A DNA stretch of 35,799 bases from Verrucomicrobiota bacterium (lineage in GTDB: Bacteria > Verrucomicrobiota > Verrucomicrobiia > Verrucomicrobiales > Verrucomicrobiaceae), in NCBI GenBank assembly GCA_043757085.1, contig JAYVQB010000084.1:1-35799 (forward strand). Direction: 5' to 3'. The position numbers were made by a program, and so were the translations under genes. How positions within the stretch are numbered: position 1 is the first letter of the stretch; each line of letters starts with the position of its first letter. The notes beneath the pieces are model-generated. The model was given only the letters and a program-made list of their open reading frames with translations, was not told where the DNA came from and searched no databases. Below are positions 1 through 7,966 of the stretch, in pieces.

Positions 1-2
1 CC

Positions 3-248
3 ACGCCGAGTCATGCCACGCGCATCTGGCTGACACTCCGAGATAATATTGTTCGCAGCATCAATCACCGATGGGCCTACGTCACCGTGCTCGCATTCGC
101 TGGGGAAAATTTTTCTGCAACAGAACTGGCCGAACGTCCGCGATCAGATGCCGAGACGACACAGGTGCTGGATGAATTTGTAAAATTGGTCGCGCCGAGA
201 TTCCAGAAAAGTTTCATGGACAAGCAGCCAGTGACGGCTGCAAATTGA
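3..248 (+). CDS. 3' end of an unidentified upstream gene (partial; 5' end outside window)
   Basis: Frame 3 is open from base 3 to TGA 246-248 (81 sense codons). It is absent from the ORF track because it has no start in the window. The stop lies 6 nt before the larE ATG on the same strand. The product is not recognisable from ...FAGENFSATELAERPRSDAETTQVLDEFVKLVAPRFQKSFMDKQPVTAAN. Confidence 0.45.
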   Translation, partial: TPSHATRIWLTLRDNIVRSINHRWAYVTVLAFAGENFSATELAERPRSDAETTQVLDEFVKLVAPRFQKSFMDKQPVTAAN

Positions 249-254
249 ACCATC

Positions 255-1097
255 ATGCAATCAGAACTCACTGAAAAATTGGAGCGCCTCCGCGAATATC
301 TCGCCCGCATGGAACGCGTCATCGTCGCGTTTTCTGGCGGAGTGGACAGCAGTCTGGTATTGAAAATGGCGGCGGATGTATTGCAAAAGAATGCACTGGG
401 CGTCATCGCCGTTTCACCAAGTTTGCCTGAGTCCGAACGTCATGAAGCGCTCGCGTTGGCGCATTCGCTGGCGGCAAACATTGAGGTGGTGGAAACAAAT
501 GAAACGGATGACGCGGAATATATCGTCAATGCCCCCAACCGGTGCTTCCATTGCAAAAACCATGTCTATGCGACTCTCCGCTGCATGGCCGATGAGCGTG
601 GCATCGCGCATGTTCTCGACGGAATGAACGCGGAAGACGCCTTCGATATTCGGCCCGGGCGTGCCGCTGCGATCAAGCACGGTGTGCGCAGTCCATTGAA
701 CGAACTTGATTTCTCCAAACAAGATGTGCGCGATGCAGCTCTTGCGCTCGGCTTGTCGAACTGGGACAAGCCAGCTGCGGCGTGCCTTTCGTCGCGCATT
801 CCTTATGGCACCCAGATCACAACGGATCTCCTCAAGAGAATCGAACTCGCCGAGGAGCTTCTTCACTCGCTGGGCTTTCATGAACTTCGCGCGCGGCATC
901 ACGGGGATGTCATTCGCATCGAAGTGCCGGATACAGAAATTGATTCAGCACTTCAGCAACGTGAGGCGATAAGCGGAGGGTTGCGCGCCCTCGGCTGGGC
1001 CTATGTCGCACTTGATCTCGACGGCTTGCGCCATGGCAGTCTGAATGAAACAATGCGCGCTCGCGAGAGAAAGTTGGTGGAGCATTTTACAGCATGA
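255..1097 (+). CDS. larE: LarE, ATP-dependent sulfur transferase of nickel-pincer (NPN) cofactor biosynthesis
   Basis: PP-loop ATP pyrophosphatase motif AFSGGVDSS (aa 25-33). AACLSSRIPYG holds Cys177, at the position of the L. plantarum LarE sulfur-donor Cys176. An extra CxxC (C97, C100) is present. 4-nt ATGA overlap with larB. Confidence 0.9.
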   Translation: MQSELTEKLERLREYLARMERVIVAFSGGVDSSLVLKMAADVLQKNALGVIAVSPSLPESERHEALALAHSLAANIEVVETNETDDAEYIVNAPNRCFHCKNHVYATLRCMADERGIAHVLDGMNAEDAFDIRPGRAAAIKHGVRSPLNELDFSKQDVRDAALALGLSNWDKPAAACLSSRIPYGTQITTDLLKRIELAEELLHSLGFHELRARHHGDVIRIEVPDTEIDSALQQREAISGGLRALGWAYVALDLDGLRHGSLNETMRARERKLVEHFTA

Positions 1098-1861
1098 ACA
1101 CTGAAACACTGCGCGCTCTCTTGCAGCAGGTGGCGACCGGAGCCTGTGCTCCAGATACAGCAATCGAAACGCTGCGCACGCTTCCTTTCACCGAGGCGGC
1201 GCAAACTCTGGCGGATACGCATCGCGAAATTCGCACTGGTCTGCCGGAGGTTGTTTATGGGCGACAGAAAACCACGCAGCAGATCATGGAGGCGGTATCA
1301 ATTCTGCATGCTGCGCATGGTCACGCGCTGGCCACACAAGTTTCAGCGGAGAGTGGCGCGGCACTTTGTCAGTGTTTTCCAGAAGGAAGTTACAACGCTG
1401 TTTCATTGTTGTTCAGTTTGGGTAGCATGGAGCCTCGCTCAAAACAGGAGAATGTGTGTGTCGTGTGCGCTGGCACTTCCGATCTGCCAGTTGCAGAAGA
1501 AGCCGCAGGCACGCTGGAGTTTGCCGGAGCCACGGTGCAGCGCGTGCGCGATGTCGGCGTCGCGGGCTTGCATCGTTTGTTGGGCAAACTTGAATTGATT
1601 CGTGAGAGTCGCGTTGTGATTGCCATCGCCGGCATGGAAGGGGCGTTGCCAGGAGTAATTGCCGGACTGGTCGCTGCACCCGTGATCGCAGTCCCCACCA
1701 GCATCGGCTATGGCGCGAGCTTCGGTGGACTCTCCGCATTGTTGGCCATGTTGAACGCCTGTTCAGGCGGCATTGGTGTGGTGAATATTGATAACGGTTT
1801 TGGCGCTGCTGTGCTGGCGTTGCGAATGCTGAATGTAGCAGCCGACGTGAGGAGGCTCTAA
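1094..1861 (+). CDS. larB: LarB, pyridinium-3,5-biscarboxylic acid mononucleotide synthase (PurE/AIR-carboxylase-like)
   Basis: The C-terminal half (VCAGTSDLPVAEEA...AIAGMEGALPGVIAGL...VIAVPTSIGYG...NIDNGFGAA) is the PurE-like LarB signature. The gene sits between larE and larC. The last 8 codons (VAADVRRL) plus stop are supplied by a 24-nt repeat. Confidence 0.9.
   Translation: MNTETLRALLQQVATGACAPDTAIETLRTLPFTEAAQTLADTHREIRTGLPEVVYGRQKTTQQIMEAVSILHAAHGHALATQVSAESGAALCQCFPEGSYNAVSLLFSLGSMEPRSKQENVCVVCAGTSDLPVAEEAAGTLEFAGATVQRVRDVGVAGLHRLLGKLELIRESRVVIAIAGMEGALPGVIAGLVAAPVIAVPTSIGYGASFGGLSALLAMLNACSGGIGVVNIDNGFGAAVLALRMLNVAADVRRL
1835..1858 (+). repeat. 24-nt terminal inverted repeat, left copy (GTAGCAGCCGACGTGAGGAGGCTC)
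   Basis: Perfect reverse complement of 2256-2279. Overlaps the last 8 codons of larB, and the TAA stop follows directly. Confidence 0.9.
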
Positions 1862-1882
1862 TTATCTACCGCTCAATCTAGG

Positions 1883-2236
1883 ATGACTGTCATGATTGCT
1901 TCTCTCTCTGAAGGCTGGAGATCGGCCCAAAACGATTTGGTATTTATTGTTACTATTTCCATCTATTTTTCTTTGATTGGGCCTTTTTGGATCATTTTCA
2001 ATAGTGGTGTCGACACGCTGCTGGGTATTCTTTGGCTCGCAGTTGACATCGCTATTGTGCTTAGAATATGGAGCGCCTCTCGCAAAGCTCTCTCTCGACA
2101 CGAGAATAACAACTCGCCCCAAGGATACCTCAAGACTTGCCTCGCAGGAACCGCATCACTCGTTTTGCCACCTGCCGCATGGATATTAGTGAACTTCGCA
2201 ATCATAGCTACGTGGAACCATTTTCACAAAACGTGA
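1883..2236 (+). CDS. Hypothetical small membrane protein (117 aa, 3-4 hydrophobic segments)
   Basis: ATG-initiated ORF filling the segment between the two 24-nt inverted repeats. Hydrophobic stretches include LVFIVTISIYFSLIGPFWIIF, LLGILWLAVDIAIVL and LVLPPAAWILVNFAIIA. Visibly more AT-rich than the flanking lar genes. No family recognised. Confidence 0.45.
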   Translation: MTVMIASLSEGWRSAQNDLVFIVTISIYFSLIGPFWIIFNSGVDTLLGILWLAVDIAIVLRIWSASRKALSRHENNNSPQGYLKTCLAGTASLVLPPAAWILVNFAIIATWNHFHKT

Positions 2237-2255
2237 TGTCCGCCCGATAACATTT

Positions 2256-2279
2256 GAGCCTCCTCACGTCGGCTGCTAC
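2256..2279 (-). repeat. 24-nt terminal inverted repeat, right copy
   Basis: GAGCCTCCTCACGTCGGCTGCTAC is the exact reverse complement of 1835-1858. It lies 9 nt upstream of the larC ATG. Confidence 0.9.
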
Positions 2280-2288
2280 TAAACTCAA

Positions 2289-3476
2289 ATGAAAACACTC
2301 TACTTCGACTGCATTGCCGGCGCTTCCGGCGACATGATCCTCGGTGCATTGATCGATGCTGGACTGGATGCAGACTGGCTGCGCGGTGAACTCGGCAAAC
2401 TTCCCATCAGCGGCTGGAAGCTCGAAACGAAGCGCGTTGATAAAAATGGATTCACAGCAACAAAAGTGGATGTCATCGTCGGCCCGCAGCCGCACGCCCG
2501 GCCGTTGCCGGAAATCGAGCGTGCCATTCGCGATAGCACGATAGCGGAGCAAATTAAGACGCAGGCATTGCAAGTCGTCCGCATCATCGGCGCGGAAGAG
2601 GCGCGCATTCACGGAATGCCGATTGAAGAAGTGCACCTGCATGAGGTCAGCGGCGAAGATGCAATCATTGATATTGTCGGCAGTTTGCTTGGTGTGGATC
2701 ATTTGGGAATCAAACGCATCATCAGCAGTCCATTGCCGCTGGGTCGCGGATTCATCGCGGGTGCGCACGGCCAGATTCCGCTGCCTGCGCCGGCGACGGT
2801 TGGCATTCTCAAAGGCTTGCCCATCGTGGGATCACCGATCAATGCGGAATTGGTGACACCCACAGGCGCGGCATTGATCAAATTTTTGGCAAGCAGCTTT
2901 GGCCCGCTGCCCGCGATGCGGCTTGATGCCGTCGGCTACGGCGCGGGCACTTGGGATCTGGTCATTCCAAATCTCCTTCGCGTCTTCATCGGAGAGGGCG
3001 ACACCAATGATTTTGATACAGACACTGTCGCTGTGCTTGAGACAAATCTTGATGACCAGTCCGCCGAGCAGCATGGTCATGTGATGGAAAGACTGCTGGA
3101 AGCTGGTGCGCTTGATGTGACATTGACGCCCGCGCAAATGAAAAAAAATCGTCCCGGTGTTACATTGAGCGTCATCGCCAAACCGGAAGATCAGGCCGCG
3201 ATGCGAAATCTTATTTTAACCGAGACCAGTTCACTCGGAGTGAGAGAGCAACACATGCGGCGCAGCGTGCTGCCCAGAGATTGCATCCGCGTGAACACGC
3301 AGTTTGGCGAGACAGTCGTGAAGGTTTCGCATCTCCCCGGTGGTGCACACAAGTATGCGCCGGAGTTTGAGGACTGTCGTGCTCTCGCTCGCAAAGCGGG
3401 CGTGCCGTTGAGAGAAGTTTATGTTGCGGCGGAAGCTGCGGCGCGAGCCGCGCATGAAAGGCCCGGCAGTCATTAG
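2289..3476 (+). CDS. larC: LarC, nickel insertion (CTP-dependent cyclometallase) protein of NPN cofactor biosynthesis (DUF111 family)
   Basis: N-terminus MKTLYFDCIAGASGDMILGALIDAG is the LarC/DUF111 signature. Single unsplit 395-aa ORF. lar gene context. Confidence 0.9.
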   Translation: MKTLYFDCIAGASGDMILGALIDAGLDADWLRGELGKLPISGWKLETKRVDKNGFTATKVDVIVGPQPHARPLPEIERAIRDSTIAEQIKTQALQVVRIIGAEEARIHGMPIEEVHLHEVSGEDAIIDIVGSLLGVDHLGIKRIISSPLPLGRGFIAGAHGQIPLPAPATVGILKGLPIVGSPINAELVTPTGAALIKFLASSFGPLPAMRLDAVGYGAGTWDLVIPNLLRVFIGEGDTNDFDTDTVAVLETNLDDQSAEQHGHVMERLLEAGALDVTLTPAQMKKNRPGVTLSVIAKPEDQAAMRNLILTETSSLGVREQHMRRSVLPRDCIRVNTQFGETVVKVSHLPGGAHKYAPEFEDCRALARKAGVPLREVYVAAEAAARAAHERPGSH

Positions 3477-3485
3477 TCAGACATT

Positions 3486-4289
3486 GTGAGCAGAATAGGC
3501 AACATACTTCGAGGCTTCATCGACCTGCTTAAGTTCAACAACTGGACGCAGTTGTTGGTAAACCGATTGTTGTTTCGGAATACGGGACTGGTCGTTTACC
3601 GGCTTCAGCAAAACGAGATTCTGATCGATCATGCCGGGGACGATCAGAACGGGACCCGCGCATGCCTGGTATCGGACATGTATGCCCGCCACTTTCATCT
3701 TATTCCGAAAGACAAGTTGCTCAATGTGCTAGACCTTGGCGCTAATGGAGGGGGATTCCTTTTAAGCATGCATTGTCACGGATTCAGATTTGGCACGCTG
3801 GCGTGTGTCGAGATGAATCCGGCCACATTTGGGCGATTGCACTTTAACGTTTCGCAAAACATACCTGCGGCGCACGCCCGCCTCATCAACGCCGCCGTCT
3901 GCCAGACGGACGGGAAAATGCTCGTGAATCTTGGCAAGGGTGGAACGAATGAAAGCATTCATCAGGCACAAGCCGCTCATGGCAAAAAAGCGACGGCTAT
4001 TGTCACACGCAGCTTCGATTCCGTCGTCAGTGAATGTTTTGGCGAAGCAAAAATTGACGTATGCAAAATGGACATTGAGGGAGCGGAGTTTGATGTGGTC
4101 TTTTCAGGTGCCGCTGAGTTTTTGAAGAACGTCAGGCTGCTGCTTATAGAAGTTCATCCGCATCCGACTCGGAGCAAGGACGAGTTACTCTCATTGCTGG
4201 CCAGAATGGGTTTTCAAGGACAGATGGGCGATCAGAAAACCAATGGCGGGTGCAGTTTATATGTCCTCAAGAACACTGGGACTGAGTAA
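3486..4289 (+). CDS. FkbM-family SAM-dependent methyltransferase
   Basis: VLDLGANGGGF (SAM-binding glycine motif) and CKMDIEGAEFDV (FkbM-family motif). GTG start 9 nt after the larC stop; the exact start is uncertain. Confidence 0.8.
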   Translation: MSRIGNILRGFIDLLKFNNWTQLLVNRLLFRNTGLVVYRLQQNEILIDHAGDDQNGTRACLVSDMYARHFHLIPKDKLLNVLDLGANGGGFLLSMHCHGFRFGTLACVEMNPATFGRLHFNVSQNIPAAHARLINAAVCQTDGKMLVNLGKGGTNESIHQAQAAHGKKATAIVTRSFDSVVSECFGEAKIDVCKMDIEGAEFDVVFSGAAEFLKNVRLLLIEVHPHPTRSKDELLSLLARMGFQGQMGDQKTNGGCSLYVLKNTGTE

Positions 4290-4332
4290 CACCATTCTGA
4301 GGCTGTAAACTAATGGAGCTAGGGAATTTCAA

Positions 4333-5721
4333 ATGAACAACGCAATGGCCAAAGCGTCGGAAACCGATGCGACATGTTCTGTATTCGTTGGGCTGATGAA
4401 CTATGCTGATTCATCGTTGACGCAAGGCAACGTGGCGCAGGCCATTAATCTGCTCGGTCTCGATGAAAACTTCATCCGTTCAGGCGACAACGTAGTGCTC
4501 AAGCCCAACTGGGTGAAGGAACATGATGAGCGTTACCCCGGTCCGAATCAATGGGAGCACATAGTCACACATCCGAGCGTGATAGAAGGCGTGATCGCAT
4601 GGGTAGCGCCGAAGTTGCAAGGCAAGGGCAGCATCACGGTGTGCGATGCACCACAGACAGACTCGTCGTTCGCCACGTTGCGGAAGTATTGCGACCTGGA
4701 TGCGATGATCGAACGATGCCGCGCGCAGTGGGAAGGTTTGCAAATTGAGCTGCTCGATCTTCGTTCTGAGGAATGGCACACGATTGATGGCGTGACGGTG
4801 GGCAAGACAGAGTTGCCCGGTGATCCGAAAGGCTCTACGCAAGTGAAGCTGAATGAAGACAGCGAGTTCGTCGGCTTCCACGGACTCGGCCAACTCTACG
4901 GCGCGAGCTACAATATGGCCGAGACGCGTGAACATCATCGCGACACGAAACACGAATACATGCTCTGCCGCACACCGATGGATGCGGATGTTCTGATCAA
5001 CATTCCGAAACTTAAGTGTCACAAAAAAGTCGGCCTGACTTGCGCGTTGAAGAACATGGTCGGCATCAATGCCAACAAAAACTGGCTGCCTCATCATACG
5101 GAAGGCACGCCAGATCAAGGTGGCGATCAGTTTCCCGTAGCGACTTTGAAGGCGAAGCTGGAGCACTCATGGATGGGTGGGATCAAGCGCATGCTTTTTG
5201 GTCGCAGCCTCTTAAGTAAGCTGTTCGTGCCAGTGAAAAAGTTGGGCCGTATGGTTTTCGGCAATACGCAAAACATCGTGCGCAGCGGCAACTGGCATGG
5301 CAACGACACCTGCTGGCGCATGGTTGTTGATCTTAACAAATGCCTGTTTTACTTCGATGGCAGCGGCGCTCCACGGACAAAGCCGCTGCGCTACCTGACT
5401 GTTGTGGATGCGATCATCGCGGGTGAAGGCAATGGCCCGATGTCGCCCGACGCAAAACCCTGCGGCATTATCGTTGCCGGGACTAATCCACTCGCAGTGG
5501 ACAGCGTCTGTTGTGCATTGATGGGCTTTGACTGGCGGAAGCTAAAGATGCTCTTTGGGGCATATCGCGCGACGCGGAAACAGGTCGCATCTTTTTCGCA
5601 TGACGAGATTCGTGTAGTGTCGAATGACGCAAGCAAGCAGAAAGCCTTGGGCGAATATCGCAACGATGATGGTCTCGCTTTCAAGCCGCATTTCGGATGG
5701 GTAGGTGCGGTGGAAATGTAG
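4333..5721 (+). CDS. DUF362 (COG2006) domain protein
   Basis: VVLKPNWV (aa 54-61) and INIPKLKCHKKVGLTCALKNMVG (aa 222-244) match my memory of the DUF362 signature. No ferredoxin-type CxxCxxCxxxC motif is present. Confidence 0.75.
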   Translation: MNNAMAKASETDATCSVFVGLMNYADSSLTQGNVAQAINLLGLDENFIRSGDNVVLKPNWVKEHDERYPGPNQWEHIVTHPSVIEGVIAWVAPKLQGKGSITVCDAPQTDSSFATLRKYCDLDAMIERCRAQWEGLQIELLDLRSEEWHTIDGVTVGKTELPGDPKGSTQVKLNEDSEFVGFHGLGQLYGASYNMAETREHHRDTKHEYMLCRTPMDADVLINIPKLKCHKKVGLTCALKNMVGINANKNWLPHHTEGTPDQGGDQFPVATLKAKLEHSWMGGIKRMLFGRSLLSKLFVPVKKLGRMVFGNTQNIVRSGNWHGNDTCWRMVVDLNKCLFYFDGSGAPRTKPLRYLTVVDAIIAGEGNGPMSPDAKPCGIIVAGTNPLAVDSVCCALMGFDWRKLKMLFGAYRATRKQVASFSHDEIRVVSNDASKQKALGEYRNDDGLAFKPHFGWVGAVEM

Positions 5722-5768
5722 AACGGGCATTTTTTTGTCCGACTTATTAATTTCGCTATTCAGGCAAA

Positions 5769-7169
5769 ATGCCTGTTCACGTGATGTCCCTAGAAGACAC
5801 ATTATACCCTTTGCGTAAGCTCTATGAGTCAGCGCCGCAACCCGTGAAGTCGCTGGCGGGGCGGGCGTATCGCGCGATTCCGGTATCGTTGCGATATGGA
5901 CGGGAATACACACAATTTCAAAATGAAGCGCGCGACGTGGAGTCATGGGATCCGGAGACGATCAGGCGTTATCAAATCAATGCATTGCGTGAATCGTTGA
6001 TCGCCGCGGCGAAAGCACCGTTTTACAAACAGCGATTCACAGCTTGTGGAGCTGATCCGGCAAAGTTTGAATCACTGGAGCAGCTCGGGGATTATCCATT
6101 GCTCACAAAACAGGAGATGATCTTGCAGCGCGAAGAGATGCTGAATCCCGAATACGATGCCACGCAGCGGCTCTATATGACAACAGGTGGTTCGAGCGGC
6201 ATGCCGGTCGGGTTCTATCTGCACAAAGGCGTGAGCCGCCCAAAAGAACAGGCTTATCTTGAGGCGCAGTGGTCGCGACGTGGATTTCGCAGAGGTGACC
6301 GCGTTGCAGTGATTCGCGGAGCTGTCACGTCGAGCAGTGCGAGTGGCGACATCAGCTACTTCGATGCGACACGGAAGTGGCTCATTCTATCATTTTATCA
6401 CCTCACGCTGGAGCGACTGCCGGAGTATGTGGCCGCGCTCAAGCGCTTCCGTCCACAGCATCTGCACATGTATCCCAGTGCCGCATTGATGCTCGCTCGC
6501 GGACTGGAGCAGACGGGATTGAAACTTGAGTTTGTTCTCACATCCGTGTTTTGCGGATCGGAGAAACTCTCGCGCGAGTCGCAGAACTATCTCGAGCAAA
6601 TTTTCGCCGCGCCCGTGTTCCATTGGTATGGCCACAGCGAGCGCGTGGTGCTCGCGGCTCAGGGGCGCACGTCGAATCATCTCTACTTCTGGCCCACGTA
6701 TGGCTTCGTCGAATTCGGCGAACCGGATGCGAGCGGCCACCGCGAGGTCATCGGCACCTCGTTTCACAACCTCGTCATGCCGCTCATCCGCTATCGCACG
6801 GGCGATTATGTAAAACTTGCGCAAAAGCCCGACACTGAATTGCCGATGATCGAAATCGAAGAAATCATTGGTCGGGACTACGAATTTCTCATCAGCTCCA
6901 CGGGCCGCCGCATCTCTCTAACCGCAATCAATATGCACGATGGCATCTTCGAAGGACTTATGGCCGTGCAGTTTTATCAAGAGCGTGAAGGCGAGGTGGA
7001 GTTTCGATATCAAGCCGGACCCCGTTGGCAAGGCTCACATTTGGAGCCGATGCGCGCCGGTTTACTGAAGAAGCTTGGCGATGATTTCTCATTCAAGCTG
7101 CGTGAAGTTAGTGAAATGGAGAAGACATGCACGGGGAAACAACGGTGGCTGGTGAGTAAACTGCAATGA
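5769..7169 (+). CDS. CapK / phenylacetate-CoA ligase / coenzyme F390 synthetase-like adenylate-forming enzyme
   Basis: YMTTGGSSGMPVGFY AMP-binding P-loop-like motif and RYRTGD motif (IRYRTGDYV). Length and N-terminal region are typical of the CapK-like members found in polysaccharide loci. Confidence 0.8.
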   Translation: MPVHVMSLEDTLYPLRKLYESAPQPVKSLAGRAYRAIPVSLRYGREYTQFQNEARDVESWDPETIRRYQINALRESLIAAAKAPFYKQRFTACGADPAKFESLEQLGDYPLLTKQEMILQREEMLNPEYDATQRLYMTTGGSSGMPVGFYLHKGVSRPKEQAYLEAQWSRRGFRRGDRVAVIRGAVTSSSASGDISYFDATRKWLILSFYHLTLERLPEYVAALKRFRPQHLHMYPSAALMLARGLEQTGLKLEFVLTSVFCGSEKLSRESQNYLEQIFAAPVFHWYGHSERVVLAAQGRTSNHLYFWPTYGFVEFGEPDASGHREVIGTSFHNLVMPLIRYRTGDYVKLAQKPDTELPMIEIEEIIGRDYEFLISSTGRRISLTAINMHDGIFEGLMAVQFYQEREGEVEFRYQAGPRWQGSHLEPMRAGLLKKLGDDFSFKLREVSEMEKTCTGKQRWLVSKLQ

Positions 7170-7957
7170 GCGAAGCCAAGATGGAACTTGCCATCAAGCA
7201 GCACGAGAAAGGTGATGTGCTGGGGCTGAAGGTTGATATTACAAATTACAGTGATGCATGTAAACGAATTGAGGCCATCGCAAGGAGCGGCTGCGTAGCG
7301 GCGGTGGCCGCGGCCAATACACATCTCGTTGGCGAGTGCCTGCGCCACAGTGAGTTTGCCGATGTCATGAAGACTTTTGACTTCGTGTTGCCAGACGGGA
7401 TGCCATTGGTGTGGGCCTTGCGGCTGGATGGTCACGAAATAAATGATCGTGTTTATGGGCCTTACTTTATGGAGCACGTCCTTATGAATGCGTCTTCTGG
7501 TTCGAGGCATTACTTTTTCGGCGGCACGCAGGAGTGTCTCGATAAGTTGCAAGACGCGGCTCGCACACTGAATCCGCAAATCCAAATATCGGGAGCGAAG
7601 TCGCCTCCATTTGGATTATGGGATGAAGCAACGGAGACTCGATTGATAGATGACATCAATGCGGCTCAAGCAGACTTCATCTGGGTGGCGCTCGGCGGCG
7701 TGAAACAGGAGACGTGGATCGCGAAGAACCGGCATCGCTTCACGCACGGCGTCTTTCTCGCGGTGGGAGATGCGTTTGTTCTCGTGGCGGGCCAGCGGTC
7801 ATACGCACCTGCGTGGGTGCAGCGCGTGGGTATGACGTGGTTGTTCCGTATGTTGCAGGAGCCGCGGCGGTTGCTATCGCGCTATTTGAGATACAATACG
7901 TTGTTTGCCGTGGCGTTTCTGAAGGAGCGTCTGCGGCTTGCTTATGGTGACAACTAA
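7166..7957 (+). CDS. WecB/TagA/CpsF-family (GT26) glycosyltransferase
   Basis: AANTHLVGE...FDFVLPDGMPLVWALRL...YFFGG...PPFG...DFIWVALGGVKQE matches the GT26 TagA/WecG pattern. 4-nt ATGA overlap with the preceding gene. Confidence 0.85.
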   Translation: MSEAKMELAIKQHEKGDVLGLKVDITNYSDACKRIEAIARSGCVAAVAAANTHLVGECLRHSEFADVMKTFDFVLPDGMPLVWALRLDGHEINDRVYGPYFMEHVLMNASSGSRHYFFGGTQECLDKLQDAARTLNPQIQISGAKSPPFGLWDEATETRLIDDINAAQADFIWVALGGVKQETWIAKNRHRFTHGVFLAVGDAFVLVAGQRSYAPAWVQRVGMTWLFRMLQEPRRLLSRYLRYNTLFAVAFLKERLRLAYGDN

Positions 7958-7966
7958 TCATTGCCG

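Noticed and set aside
77-406. 109-aa minus-strand ORF overlapping the larE start
   Set aside because: It is antisense to both the open upstream + frame and larE, has Ser/Arg/Thr-rich composition, and shows no motifs.
2289-3476. Possible programmed frameshift in larC (L. plantarum makes LarC from larC1/larC2)
   Set aside because: Here LarC is a single continuous 395-codon ORF, so nothing unusual is needed.
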